A stretch of 59,603 nucleotides of DNA, the filler included, from Porpidia crustulata (Eukaryota), in assembly GCA_964255105.1 (NCBI GenBank). It is 6 parts of 6 records of this genome, joined end to end, with 100 filler letters (N's around TTAATTAATTAA, not from the genome) between each part and the next. Parts side by side here need not be neighbours in the genome. Positions count along the whole stretch, not along the records: positions 39,829 to 49,668 come from CAXUWE010000877.1; positions 49,769 to 59,603 come from CAXUWE010000878.1; 4 more parts are not named here. The stretch is one strand, 5' to 3'. Below, piece by piece: positions 41,734 through 55,900 of the stretch. Numbering within the stretch: the first letter of the stretch is position 1; the number at the start of each line of letters is the position of its first letter. Made by a program: the position numbers and the translations under genes. The notes under the pieces were generated by a model. That model saw only the letters and a list, made by a program, of their open reading frames with translations, was not told the origin of the DNA and made no database searches.

Positions 41734-43127
41734 GCTGAAGAATTGTGATCCGAAAGTCTGTGCGAGATATGTAGGATGGAATGCGAAAGGTTTGCAAGGC
41801 GGCGGCGGCGGCGCCTTTTCATCGTGGGGATATTGCTTGCGGTGGGTCCTGTGGGCGAGACCTGGGGTGGAAGGTAGGACGATACATCCTAACCTTTAAG
41901 ATGCTTATCGGCGGTGAGTAGTCTGCCTTAGGGCGATATAGTCTGGGTCCGGATCAGCAGGGAGGGGAGGTGATGCTCAACATTGGTCAGGCCAGTTGCC
42001 GGGTGAGTGTACTAATCCATCTTCATATTAGCAGCAGAAGTCTTTCAAAAAATCGAATGGACAAGACCTGTTGCGCCGTGGTTGACGTAGTGCAGGTCAC
42101 TCATAGACCTGACCTAGAAGCGCAGACGGATATGATTGCTGAAAGAACCTGGATGCAGGCATGATCGCTGTGGTTCCGCGTAGCTACAATTGAAGGCGGA
42201 GATGACTGCCAAGTCATGCCATCGAGTACGAGAGAGTTGTGCGCCGAAATGGCTCGCTGACGTCACACTTGATCGTACCTCGGCTGCTCGGCTAGCCGCA
42301 CCTTTCCTCACATTCCACCCCTCAACGGACCACCCTTGCCAAAACTAGTAGATATAGCCCTAACCCTAGACTAGGTAGTCCGCTGAGGCGTGAGAATGAG
42401 TACTGCGTGTACTTGATCCATCATTCGTAGCCTTTCCTAGCGATACCTTCCTTGCTATTCTTCCTCTATTCATGAGATAAATGGTATAACTTTGTGTCTG
42501 ATAGAGCGTCGGTGTATGTATGTGAAAGTCTACTAATTTGCTAATATACTAGGCCACAACCTTATATTCATTATTTCCTATTAACTACACTATACTCCTC
42601 ACCCCGGAGCCAAAAACCTAATGAATCTCCTGTGTGCTCAGCGAGCCATCTTGATTTGTATCTCAAGTAGCCACCTTCTTAGATGATTGTCAGCCTGGGC
42701 TTTATGGCTCGCCATATCCATTTGTTTTGGGTCTAGGGGATGGAGAGTCAGGTGCGAAGGGGTTGAGGGGAATGTAGTAGATGTTGGGTGGGATGAGGGA
42801 AGTCGAACTGAGTGTCGCATTGAAGAGTAGAGGATAGACGTCTTGCAGAGACGGTCATATGCGAGAATGGCTATTTAATGCTTTCTTTCAGTCATACGGT
42901 TGAACAAATGAATGGAAGTCGTTAGGTACTCCCGAGGAAACCATATCATTCCAGGGACCCCTCGCATCGAAATTTCGATTAGAATATTCATTAAAAGAGA
43001 CACTGTTCCCAAGTCTCGCTGACGAATGGGATTTCATTGAATTTTTCAATCGCGTGCCAGCGTGTCGTGGCGATTGAATCGACATTGATGGGTCTTGCAA
43101 TTTGATGAGACCAGAGACAATAAGAAC

Positions 43128-44590
43128 TCAACCTACCGATATTCCAGCTCTCCTCTTTGAGATACCGGCGCAAGGGTTGGAGTTCTTCGCATCCTCGATG
43201 TTCTGCGGAATCGCACCCGCGGCAACGGCACCTACACCATATTAGCACCGAACCTCTCAACAACACAATTTCAGCTTAGTTAGCAAAGGCCTAAGGGAAA
43301 ACGTACCTTGATACGACCACCGCCAATCATTCCTGCCTCCAATGCTCTGACACTTCCAGCTCCAATACACCCACCCTGCCTGCTTCTCGTACGCGATGAT
43401 TTGTGCCGCAAACCACTGCTTGTACCACGCGACGTGCGCGTCGGGTATGAAGTCGTACTGAGGGTTCCACTCCAAGTCATCCGCGACGCTCAAGCTAAAT
43501 TCGCCGACGATCAAGGGCCAATTGCCGCTGCGGTCGTCGATGCAGGACTCGCGGAGGTAGGCAGCGGGGGTTTTGCCGGTTCCGGCATCGTTGATGCCGT
43601 TGTCGTCGGAGTATTTGAGGTAGCGGTGATCGTCGTAGGCTGCGAATTGCAGGTCGGTTAGATATTGGTTTGGGTCTCCGGAGCCCCATTTGCCGTCCTA
43701 TATTTCGACCATCAGCGAGTCAGGTTTTGATTCACGAGTAGCGTTGATGGAAGCCCACCATCATCTGGATATGAACCAATTTATCACTACTGATTCCAAC
43801 ATTGGCTTCAGCGGCACGAATGCGTTTGAAGGCTGTCGGATAGTAGTTTTGCCTCAGAGAGTCGGTTTCGCTCGACTGTCCTCGCGATGGTTCATTGACA
43901 ACTTCTAGCATGCCGACGTTGCGGTAGTTGTTGTTGGTGTGGATAATGTTTGTCATCCATTCCAGGAATTTGTAAGCTCTTTCGTACTGATAATCGACAT
44001 AAAACCCGGGAGATGGAGCAGTCTGTAAGGGAAGGGTAGTCAGTAAGTGAACTTAATATTCTTTCTTTACTATTCTCATCTTTACTCGTAGAAATAGCAA
44101 GTTCTTGCAGTATGCTTACCTGCCCAGTATCAGGATTACCTGCAATTTGGGCTCCCGGAGCTCCGTGCAAATCAATGATTATGTACATGCCAGCGTCTGA
44201 TGCCCATCCACAAAGGCGATCTAGATACTGAAGTCCGCCCTGGGGAAAATGCTCGCTGTCTGCATAGACCAAGTCTTCACGGAGCCAGTATCCAACAGGG
44301 ATCCGTATTGTATTTAGCCCGTAGCTTTTCATCTGCGCGATATCTTGCTGAGTCGTCCATGTATCCCAATGACGTTGAAAGGCAGTATTAGCAGCACTCT
44401 GTCCGATATGACGGACGCATTCGAATTCCGAAAGATAATTGCCACAGCCCATTGAATTCCATTCATCGTTCATCATCCATGGTTCAGCTAAGAAATGAGA
44501 ACCGAGGTTGACACCTCGAACTTCGAAATTGGGAAGCCATGCGTGGGAAAATGTGGAGCAAAAAATGAGTGAAAATAATGTGGACAGCAT
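43128..44590 (-). CDS. Secreted GH5 glucan endo-1,6-beta-glucosidase (ExgB-like)
   Basis: Signal peptide then [39 protein letters not shown], catalytic EVVNEP and VGEFSL; three introns. Confidence 0.92.
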
Positions 44591-47374
44591 GTTCAAAGGA
44601 AGGGCATGCGATGCGTGTCAAAAGGAGAGTATCACGGAGGATGTATGAAGAACTGCACCGTATATGAGATGGGGAGGATAGGATTATATGCAGCCATGAC
44701 GGATGAGGATTCGAAACCAGGAGGCATAAGACGTAAGCTCATGCTCCCATGTCAGGCACTTCTGCTTAGTAGGACTGGGAAATGAAGCCCCAAAGATGGT
44801 GACAGATAGAGAGGATAATGTATCAAGCGTGCGAAGACCCATCAGGCGCGAGCAGGGCAGGCGGTCAAGAGAGAGAACACGGGACTGAAGCCTGACGACA
44901 TGCTGGTGCTGCTGACAATTGCACAAGTCAACGAATGGGAATTGCAAAGACGTGGTTGCACGTTTGAAACCTGATCCTTTGCATCCAGGATGATATCTTG
45001 TGGAACGCAAGAGAGATGAAAAAGGCCAATTCTACCTGGCGGAGAGGGGTTCTCATAATTTGTGTGGTTGCTTGCGACCGAGCTTTGATGCTAGTGCGTG
45101 ATTACCTAATAATTGCAATTTCCCCTTCACCCCTTCACCGCTTAGGGACTAGGTAAAATATCCAATCAGGTTCAAGAACAAGTTCGTCTCATCAACGGCC
45201 AATAACGGGGACGTTCGAAATACCCACCTCTATTTGGGAGGGCTTCTCCCTGGTTCAGGTTGTGTCTCCTTTCGATATGAAAATTTAGTTGTAAGGTGAC
45301 CAACAGACTGAATTTCGAATTCCGAATTCTATCCGAGATATTCATACAGCCAATCATCTTGAATGTATCTGCAGGAGATTATTTCTGAAGCTGTATGTTG
45401 AATATCAGAGACGTAAGAGCCTCAAAGCCTGCTGGACATCCTAAAAGTGTCATCACGTTCAAAGACTAAATCTCTTGGACAGATCACATACCTTGGATCG
45501 ACATCAATACACGCCTACTCCAACGTGATAGCCGTTCAATTAAAACGAAATGCATACCAAAGAACAATGACCTATGTGATTAGACTTTACCTAGGGGAGA
45601 AAGAGAGATCATGTTGAAAAGGCTAACAAGCTACACCGACTCAGCTCACCTCGACAATTGGAAAATAGAAAACCTCGCGAATGATCAGCTTTCGATCATT
45701 TTGATCGCCTTTTTGGATGTTTGAAAGTCGCTCCTATCTAACTCATAGTACTGAAGCTCGTACTTCGTATTCCAAATAAGGGATCTGTTGTCGAGGAAAC
45801 TCTAGACCTAGAGATGTTAACGAGTCGGTTGTAACAAATCGAAAAGATAACTGATAGTAGGACCACTATCAAAACTCGCTCGGATCAGCTTATAGACCAT
45901 CCCTGAAAGGCAATAAGGCCTCGACTTGAACTACCTTGTCACACTCTGTATATCAAGTGAGCAGGGGGTTTCCAATATATGGTCAAAGTACAAATGCGAG
46001 CATCACTGTGGGAAGCAATTTTTTTCCTCAGCAGCATACCACTGAATTATTGAGACTACGGAGACGGAGATAGGCTGTAGTCAAAATACTAGCATTATAA
46101 AGGTCTTAGAGAAGTACTAAATTGAACCAAGTTGGTCCGATTTAATTTCTCAAACGAATCAAGGATCTCACGACGATAGAGCAAGATGAAACAGATAAGG
46201 GAGTGTGGCAAACAACTCCGATAACTCATCGAACATTTTGGAGAAACTGTAGGATCGGTAACGGTAGCTCTGTGGTGCTTGAGTGAAAATCAGAAGGGTA
46301 CGATTGTTGCACCTTTTCTGCGTATCCTTCACGTCGCAAAGCTCAAGGCGTTCTAGTATGGCTGTCTTCTTTCTCATCGACGAAAATGTTTCGATTCCGA
46401 AATATTTCAGGGTAGCTTTGGTCGTGCTGGCGCCAGACCGCACGACCCCTTCCGTTACACGAACACGCATTTACATCCACAGGTGGTAGACAAACCCGAC
46501 ATACGCTCGCGGCCTAGTCTGATCATTTGGTGTGTGGAACATTGTCTTGCTGGCACAGCATGATGCGGGCTACATGTAACCCGTGTCAATGATACGTCGG
46601 GTTGTCTAACCCGTTTCTTTATTTGGCGGGGAGAAGGAGGGATTGCGGTAATTGAAGATCATCAAGTCCAATCTATATCTATAAAATCCACGAGCGTTCT
46701 AAGTTTTAGCTTAGGACATCGAGACGTAGAAGAAAGTACTACTCTGGTTCTGTTCAATGACATCTACTGACCTGTTTCAGTTAAATCAGATAAGATACTC
46801 GTGAATCCATATAGCCGCTAGCCCGAGGCCAAATATGTCTATTTAACCTCGGCATTTACTCTAAGTAGCAAAGCCCTGAACCCTGGAGTCTTGGACCCTG
46901 TCACTTACCCCACGTCATAACACCAGCAGAGATTGTGGGTTGACCGATTTGATCCATTCGCAACCAGTAGAGTACGAGGAAGTAGAGACTTGATATCACA
47001 TTAAACACCTACTCACCATTGCTGTATTGACAATGGAAGCGGTGTTTGGATCGCAGTTGATGGAGAACGATACGTCTCTTGCAATGCGCACACTGGTGAT
47101 TCTAGCGCATCAACGGGAATTGGAAGGGAAGGTGCAGTTCTAGTGGCGTGCAAGAACGAGACAGCGCAATTTATATCCCAGTCGGTTTATTTACGTCTTG
47201 CCTCTCTAAGGAAAGAGGAAATAGATCGGCCTGATGACTTCACACAGAATTCACTCGCATCGCACGAGGCTGCCTCACAGCCTTGGATGTCAGAACCTGC
47301 TCCTTTCAACTCCCTAGAAAACCATATACCATTCTTATCATCCTACATGGCCGCCTACTGATTTGCGCATCATC

Positions 47375-48624
47375 ATGAAGCTTCAATTGGGCCTGTTCGT
47401 GGTTCTCGCTTCGGTTCTGGTACTTGCCAAAGGTCAATCGTGCTATTATCCCAATGGCGAATCGTCGAAGGAAAATGACATTCCCTGCTCTTCGACGTCT
47501 GGAAGTGCTTGCTGCCCACAAGGCTGGGCTTGCCTGGATAACGGACTATGCTATCTAGACAATCAGAAGTACTTTGGGCGATACACCTGTACAGACAAGA
47601 GCTGGAAGTCACCTGGGTGCCCGGCAATATGTACGCACAGTAAGACTTACCATTGATCATTTGCGCTTGATTGGCCATTGATTTTAACGATTCGCTAGGC
47701 AATACAGCTTCTGGAAACGAAGCCATTCTTCAGTGTAGTAAGGGAAATTACTGCTGCGATGCTAATCGACCTGACGTTGGCTGCTGCGACACTGGTGTTT
47801 CTCAATTTGCGCTGAAAGACGGCAAAGTCCTGTCGTCTGGCTCGAACTCGGGTTCTAGCGGGGACAGTACTCCGAGCTCAATTTCGGCATCATCGTCGTC
47901 AAGCTCGGTTTCTGCGGCATCATCTTCGTCTGCCTCCGCTGCCTCTGCTTCGTATTCTTCGGCTTCAGCATCGCAATCATCTTCGACGACCAGTCGACAA
48001 GGGTCTAGTAGTGCGACAACCTCGACTCAAAGTTCCTTGAGCAATAGTAACTCGGGAGGAACCACAAGCTCATCTTCGACAGGAGACTCGAGTTCTTCCT
48101 CCTCACAGACTTCCCCTAGCGTGAGCATCATCACCAGCGTGGTCACCTCCATAAGTGGTTCTAGTACCGTAATGTCAAGTGCAACTACCGCCATTCCAAT
48201 CTTGGCAACTGGAACACCATCATCAACGCCTGCCCAGAAGAATCTCAGTGCTGTAATCGGACCCGCCGTCGGTGTCCCAATCGGCATAATTGCTCTCGCA
48301 GCCCTCGCGTTTTTCCTCTGGAGACGTCGCAGTAATCATAAGCGTGACAACCTCCAGCGCCCCATGACGCCCCCACTAGAAGATTCCAAATCTATGGATC
48401 ACGGGAAACCCGAACCTGACTTCGTACCAGCCACACCCGACATGGCCAGATACAGTGGCAACACGTTGACTCAATCCCCTCGATTTTCCGAATTCGCAGG
48501 TTCGCCGGAGCTGGCCGGCAACTATCCTCAACACTACGATCCGCAAAGGCCGCAGGTCGGCGAACTTCCGGGATCAATGTTCCATCCGTATAATCCCAAT
48601 CTTCCACGCGAACTTTCAGCGTAG
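47375..48624 (+). CDS. Type I membrane protein: Cys-rich ectodomain, S/T stalk, TM, cytoplasmic tail (Mid2-like, ~396 aa)
   Basis: Signal peptide, CYYPNG...CC...CLDNGLC...CTDKSW...CPAIC, intron 47640-47698, Ser-rich stalk, TM VIGPAVGVPIGIIALAALAFFLW-RRR, and tail motifs ELAG/ELPG/ELSA. Confidence 0.88.
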
Positions 48625-49668
48625 GCGTTGATCTGACAAAGTATAGTTATCTTGCGAAAATTTATGGTCAGGGTGAGTGTACCTAGTATTGTACGAGAAA
48701 AGGCTGCATCAATCACATGGCTCGCACTTTCGGTTTCGAAGGATCCCAAGCCCGGACCATAAGTAATAACATACAAGGCTTTCTTGGCCAGACGAAGCTC
48801 TCCATATGTGTTACGACAACAGATACGTTGCTCAGTACCTAGGGAGAGTGAAAAGAAGTCTACGAAAAGCCAAAAGCACTACATTATTCTACGAGGACTA
48901 CACACGTCCAAGTTGAATGAGACCTCTTCCTGTGGCACTTGTCACTCGGGCCTCACACGAAATATGATAGACTCATTTCAATAACCTAAGCTTTTCAGAA
49001 ATTGATGGCCACTGGTTGTGATCATAACCAATGAGGATCATCCGTCGACATATGACATTATACTTCAACGCTACGAGAAGTCCTCGAACAAGGCTCGGAA
49101 AGATGTTACTTCTTACTTGGACCTTCTCGTTACTGAACAGTCTCAATACGCAAAAGGATCCACCCTTATGCGGAGGATCAAGGTCCTCCTGTCAAGTGAT
49201 CGAGGCCTCGATGATTATGCTAAGGCACAAGCGCGTCCGAACCTTTTTTCGTCTCACGAAAATCCGCCCATGTGGAGAATTATCACTCAGAATATCGAGG
49301 CGATCCGAGGAGACTGTGCCATGAAGGCCTACAGCTTAGCGAAGAGTAGTTACACCGCTCATGTAGGATCGGTCATGTAATTAGATTAATAGAGATTCCA
49401 AGAGATTTTTTATCTGGATAGTGAGATCGTGACTTCTCGCATTCCACTTCCCTCGGGTTTCAAATTTTTTTTGTCAATTTGCGCACTCGGTCATGTTGGC
49501 TTTGGTCTAGTGATGGAATAACCTACATTCCATATTTCACCCTCCTAATCACCAGTGTCAAAACCTACCACATCTTTCACACCCTCTCCTCCCACGTCTT
49601 CTCCTCCCCCTTCGTCCAACAACCTCTCCCATCTACCTAACCCAACCCCAACCCCCTACCTATAACCC

Positions 49669-49768
49669 NNNNNNNNNNNNNNNNNNNNNNNNNNNNNNNN
49701 NNNNNNNNNNNNTTAATTAATTAANNNNNNNNNNNNNNNNNNNNNNNNNNNNNNNNNNNNNNNNNNNN
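49669..49768. other. Artificial contig linker
   Basis: N44-TTAATTAATTAA-N44. Confidence 0.99.
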
Positions 49769-50373
49769 TTGAGGTGGACCTTATCGGCTGGTTTTGGGTG
49801 TGGTGTGGTGTGGTGTGCGTAAGGAGAAGATTGTGGGTGATGTGGGAATTGATGGTTTGGTGTGGTGGATGGTGGTAAGATGGTTTCTTTTTCTTCGGTT
49901 TTTTTGGGATGGTGCTTGGACTCTTGAGGGCGTGATTTTTGGCGAAATGAGAGATTGGGAGTTTTTTTTTAGGAAATTGGACGGAGAGTTGGAAAGGGGA
50001 AGGGAAACAGGCGGTTGGTGTTTTAAGTTCGCGATTTTTGGATGCCAGAAGAGGGATTCGATGATGGGAAAGAGCTTTGAATGGGTTGTGAGAGACGACG
50101 AAGATTTTTTGTGTTCTAGCTAAATAAAAAATAAACATGACCAGAAATCTAAATACTCGTGAGCGTAAAAGTCTATATGCATGCCTCCCAGTCTATCCTG
50201 TCCCAGTCTATAGCCTGTAGATATTTTGTACACGGTGAAAAACGAAGCATAAATGTTTCGCAAACACAAAAACCTAGTTCATGCCATCTATGCCGCAGGA
50301 TAACGCCGCGCCCCCATCAAAAATGTTCCTACAACTCGTCCTTTTTTCGTACGCTCGGCACGTGACCCTCGCT

Positions 50374-52470
50374 CTAGCCGAAGATGACCTCGCGCCCCAT
50401 CTCCCTCGCCACATCCCTCCACTCAATCTCCCCGTGCCCGGCGTCGCTGCGGCGCCAGACCTCCTCGCACACCTCCCACGCCGTCACGATGTTGTTCATG
50501 CCCTGGCGCGTCTCGAGGTGGCGGAAGACCGTGCGCGCGACATTTCGGTCCACGTCCTCGACGGCCTCGCAGGCCGCCGTGAACAGCGGCCAGACGAGCG
50601 TGGCCATGGGCCCGCTGAAGATGACGACGCGGAGGCAGGCCTGGAGGGCTTGCTTGGCGGGCGTTTGGATCTTGGGGGAAGTGCGGGCGGGGGCGAGGAC
50701 GGTGCGGTAGAGGAAGATGAAGCTCGCCTGGCGGTGGGCCTCGGCGTTGTTGAGGATCGATTGCAGGCGGGAGTCGTCGGCCGGGTTTTCGGTGGTCACG
50801 ACGGACGCGGGGATTTTGGGCACCCATTGGTGCAGCGCGAGTTCGATGCTCGAGGTGTTGGTTTCGAAATCCGAGCGCATGTTGTTGGCTTTGTCGTGGC
50901 CGGGGCTGGCCATTTCCTCCTTGTCTAGATTGCGCTTGACGTCAACCAAGCTGGCGAGCCGATGGATGATGGGCCACAGATCTGCGACGAGTCCAAAAAG
51001 GGTGTCGACCGCCGTCATGGCCGACCGATCGTGAAGCGAGTGGAATTCTTGAGGACTGGGCATGAGGATCGTTCCGGACATTGGAGAAGAGCCAAAGGAA
51101 AGGGCTGAAGCGACGTCAAAGTAACGGAATGCTCGTTCCAAAAAAGAACTGGTGGGGCCACGCTTTGCCCTTCTTTCTCTCATTATTGACAAGGCACCTC
51201 GTAGGTGGCTGTTTAGAACAGTTGAAGATCCACTTCGAACAATCTACAGTAAGGTTAGCTCCGAACTCCGGAAAATTCTTGACCTTTACATACTTCGTAA
51301 TAGAGCAATAATATTATAACAGCAAGAACTTCATCCCGGTTTCCTTCATCTTTGTGGGCAATCAGATTAGCTAGCCCTTGCAGGGCTTTCGAGTGGAGAT
51401 CCAATGCTCTCTCTTCCACATGCAATCCCCGATGCTCCAAATGAGCACTTGAAATGGCGTAAATGGCATGCAGTAGAGGCGGGCTTTTCTGGGCCATCGG
51501 TAGTACCAGTTGTCTAAACGGGTTACCCGAATCTTCTTTGAAAACTATGAGATGGCTCAAAACATTGCAAAAGTGGTCGAGAAGGCCTCGTCTTGACTCT
51601 CGACTGGTATATTCCGAAAAGGCAGGGATGCTAAAATCATAGGGCGAACCACCAGAGTTCGGTGATAGGAAGGCACTCGTGGGGTCTGGATATGAGCTAC
51701 TTCTTGATAAGGCTGATGTCGGTGCGAATATCTCCCTGGTGGTTGCAATCTCCTCATCGTAAGGATCCTTGGAAAAACCATCCAGCGGGTCCATTGCCAG
51801 CTGTTTGACTTCGCCAAGCTCCGGCGCACTATGCCTTGCGAAGCTGTCGAGAGCGTCGAATGGAGGTAGAGGAGAGTTCATATCGGTAAACGTATCACTA
51901 CCGCAGCTCGAGGCAGAGTCACTGAAGACTGAATGCGCGCTGTGGACCTCCCAATTTTCGGCAATTGCTGGCAACGAAGGTGTCGGTGACGCGGATAAGA
52001 TGGAGGATCCCGAACTCGAGTCCTGGCGCAGAGCTTGTAATCTGTCATGGAAACCCATCCCCAGATGCTGGCCAGGCGCCGTCGTTGGTGGTCGCATGCC
52101 CATGTGCTCGGGGTTGGAGACAGTCCTCCTCCTCTTACGTGGTTTAACCGGCTCATACTCGCATCGTAAACCTCTTTCGAGGCATCGATCGCACTGCGGG
52201 CGCTCCTCATTACATTTCTTCTTCTTCTCTTTGCTATGCCCATTGTTAGCACAAGTGACCGAGTACAGTTATAACATTAGAGTAACGTACCAATGAACGC
52301 AACCTATAAGTCACGGCACAACACCGGTCAGTCTATCTTCGACGATTTGCTTGAAGAGAGCCAAAGAATCAACAAGATCAAAGCTTACCAGCTCTAGACC
52401 GACGTTTGGGGATTTTGGGTGGCACAGGTCTGTGATACAGCAACATCGTGAATGGAGCGCTATCAAACAT
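50374..52470 (-). CDS. Zn2Cys6 transcription factor with Fungal_trans_2-type C-terminal domain
   Basis: Spliced [37 protein letters not shown] (13-nt micro-exon 52291-52303); NPFRQLVLPMA, AFRYFDV and LVWPLFTAACEA. Confidence 0.95.
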
Positions 52471-52907
52471 GTGCTTATTAAGATACGACGACGTCTAATA
52501 TAGACGGCGGAGAATGAGAATGGCAGAGTTGAAGCGGGAGAATAATGAGGATATAGAGGCGGCTTTTAAGACAAAGTGAAGATCAATGTTGATCGAGTCA
52601 ACGTCCAAAGCTCTGCTCGAACAATTTAGCTTGATACACAAGGCTTGAAGGCTTAGTACCGAATGGGTGAACCGGGGGTTGGTGTTATAGGCGCAGGGAG
52701 CATTACCGTTCAATCATTCTTGTAATGGCAGGACTTATAGACTTGCAGTATCTTTGGGGACTTGCGGGGTACAGAAATTGGGGTTTCGTTAGGAGTGTCT
52801 GTGTGGCGCTAGAGATTAGGAGAGCGCAGAAGGATACTTAGTCGTAGTAAGTGGTAAGGTAGTCCAGCGTGCTCAGCATGAAGGTGTATGCGGGCGTCAT
52901 GTTCGTA

Positions 52908-52958
52908 GACATGGACATGGACAAGGACATGGATACATGGATTCAGGGATATGGACAG
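52908..52958. repeat. Degenerate (GACATG)n hexamer repeat
   Basis: GACATGGACATGGACAAGGACATGGATACATGG... upstream of the transcription factor. Confidence 0.7.
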
Positions 52959-55900
52959 GCCCCATGTTTCCAGCATTACAAGGATATTCTTATCCTGTCA
53001 GGGTCAAAGTCCGGGAACGTCATCTGAACTGTTGCGATATCCACTCCCGGGGGAGCTTCTTTGGTTGCTTCAGAATTATCAGGGATGGCAGATGGGAAGA
53101 CCGACCATGGGATCTTCATGCTTTAAGGCTGCGTATACTTCCACTAGCTGGCCATGCAAGTCTGGGGCGAAGGGGGTCGCTACTTTAGTGTCGTTAGTGA
53201 CAGGCCCCAATCCATCCAGCTATCACGACCGCTCTTGCGTTTCGATTGGTGTCCGTATCTGCTGGCCTTAGTAGTGGCCTCTTAGTGGCTCGAGATAATC
53301 CCATGCTGGTCGACGTCTCAAGATCGAACCAAGCCGCTTCTGGTTACCACCGGCAGCGTCCCTTCTTGGCATGCCTTTACTGGTATACGTAGTGCCGATA
53401 CTCCAGCGTTCAGTAGCACAAGTGTGGTTGGATCAACAACGATCGGCCTTCCACTAGAAGGAGACCAGCCATGGTGGAAGAAGCGTGGAATATCCAGGAC
53501 ACCAGCAGGACTAGGAAGCCAAAGAATAGTATCTAATCACCAGCACCTCTCATCTCATCTCCCACTTCCCCCTAATAATCACCAATGTCAACGAGTGTCC
53601 AGCTTAGGACTGTGGACCGACGGCTCTCCAGCTCCTTCAACCCCGCAATTTTCATGTTTTTGGGAACAAGGAAAGACAAGAATACCTGAAACGGTTGCGA
53701 TGTGCAGTGTTTCATGAATTATGGTGCGCATTAGCATCATCGTTGAATCGCGATACACAAACAATGGCCACTGTCATGCACCTTATGGAGCGGCCACAGA
53801 GGGGATGTGCAACCATCTGGGTGCACATCAAAGCATTCTGAAACGCGAAAGCCGCAACTCATCGGTTGCTCGATGGCGATTATGCACAAAATTAATCCTC
53901 ATCCACCCAGGCATCCACTGTTGAGCAATGCATTTCCACTTTCAATCTTAGCGTCCTCTTATGCCAGTCTTGATTGGGCTTTTGTTTGATCGCTTGTAGA
54001 TCCTTGTCTAGTCAGCATAGATCAACAGGAGACCCAAACCCCATGGGGTAAGAAGAGACGAATCTCGTCCCACTACCGCACAAACGAAGAGTCATCGAAG
54101 ACACGAAGAATGTTCCACGAAGGCTGCTAACTAGATTCACCACCAGCGATATTGCCGATCCTGGCTGATCCTTAAGAGCTACCATAAAACGTGCTTTACC
54201 CTATGCGGCCTCGATCGTCCTTCAGACTCTTAGCTAACTCGATACGCCTTGCATAATTATCACTTGCCAGATAGTCAGCTGTTCAGTAGACAGATCTTCC
54301 TTGTTGCTGCATGACCTCGTCCACTGCACACGTGCTTGCCATGAGGATTCATCTCACTGAGCACGAACAATATGCTGCAATCGACTTCCAGGTTACGCCC
54401 AGCAGGCTAAGGTTAAGGTCACCAGTGCTCACGATCAGCTGTATGAGCTATGATTGAATGTTGCATTGGTAGATTATATCTGGGCGAGATCGGTAGTATA
54501 AATTAGATATGTGACTTCAAATCGCAAGATGAGAAGGTCGAGGGCCGGGATTCTGGGTCTTCATCTCCCATTGGTTATGCTGTGAGTATAGGCTGGTAGC
54601 CAGAGAGGTAATTCTAGGTTCATTTTCAACATTCGGCCCTTATAGCCGGGTACAATCACACTATACTCTGACCAAGGCGATGTCCCATAAAGGTTTGCTG
54701 GAGAGCTGTCACTGCCGACACAGGTCCTTCGTACGGTCAAAGCTAATCAAAATAGTATCTTTTTGACCAAGTCTGGTGACTGACACAATCCTCCGCTGTG
54801 AGAATATTGGTCGGTAAAAGCGACACCGAGTATCGCCAGTCAAAGGCAAGATCCAATCATCGGCATATACGAAGAAAGATGTTTGCTACCGTGGAAGACC
54901 GGAGGAGGGCAAGCCACTTGCGGTCCCATTGACTTCTCTCGTTTCTGGGTTAAGGGTCCTCCAGTTGTTAGTTCTCGGTAGATTGATAAGATGGTAGCAT
55001 CGCATTATCATGAACCTAGTATCGGTCATCTGAAACGTGTAAGACGCACTGCAAGAAATCGCGTTTGTCGACAGCCACATTGCCTCTCCAACCGTCGTGG
55101 CATGGCCAGAACCCCAGCAAAACATCCTCGTATGGCTTGAACTTCTCCAAATCAAGTCATGCATTGTCTCGAGCCAAAAGAGTTTACACTAAACGATGGC
55201 TTATGTCGTTGTTTCATCACCGTGGACCTTGCTAGGCGATGATACTATATTTACTTGCGACAATTCAAAACCACCCCCTTCGCGCGGGAGAGTGAGATTT
55301 ATTTTTATCAATTTCTTGTTTGAACGACATGTGGACGTTTGACAATTCAGACGCCTTTGAGAGTATCACAAGCCTTAATTGGAGCTACCAAATAAGAGAG
55401 CTACAATCTTTGAACGGCGGAGATTGCCAAAATCGATGTCGAAAAATATCTTTGAACATTATAGATTCTGAAGCACCGGTCCTCCAGACTAGAACAGAGA
55501 TATAATTCATCAATGCTAGAGAATTTACGTTGAACTAAAGTATGTATTAGTATAAATTACAAAGGTCTAGAATCAGGCTTCCTCTACCCAAAAATTTGGA
55601 GTTCACCGTAGATTCAATCAATCGAAGAAAGAAATGATTTGTCATACAAAGGAGCTTTACTGACCTCAACATCAACATTATGCGACCTCGATGGGATCTC
55701 GTGATGGATGTTCGAGTGTGCATTTATGCCCAGAAACAAGCCGTTATCAATGTTCCTGGTAATAGGTATGGTTATAATAGCCATAGAAATTTCCCAGGCA
55801 TCATTAGCATCCCCGGGTCAGGAACCAGCACGTGTTTCTGTATTGCGCGACTGGAGATTGAATCTCACCGATGTGAGGGAAATAAAGACACGCAAAGTGT

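Noticed and set aside
49018..49380. 120-aa ORF
   Set aside because: Non-ATG start, no recognisable motif and no supported upstream exon.
49540..50138. C-rich / G-rich tracts resembling telomeres, and ORFs spanning the linker
   Set aside because: No regular TTAGGG array, only low-complexity skewed sequence. The ORFs run into linker Ns.
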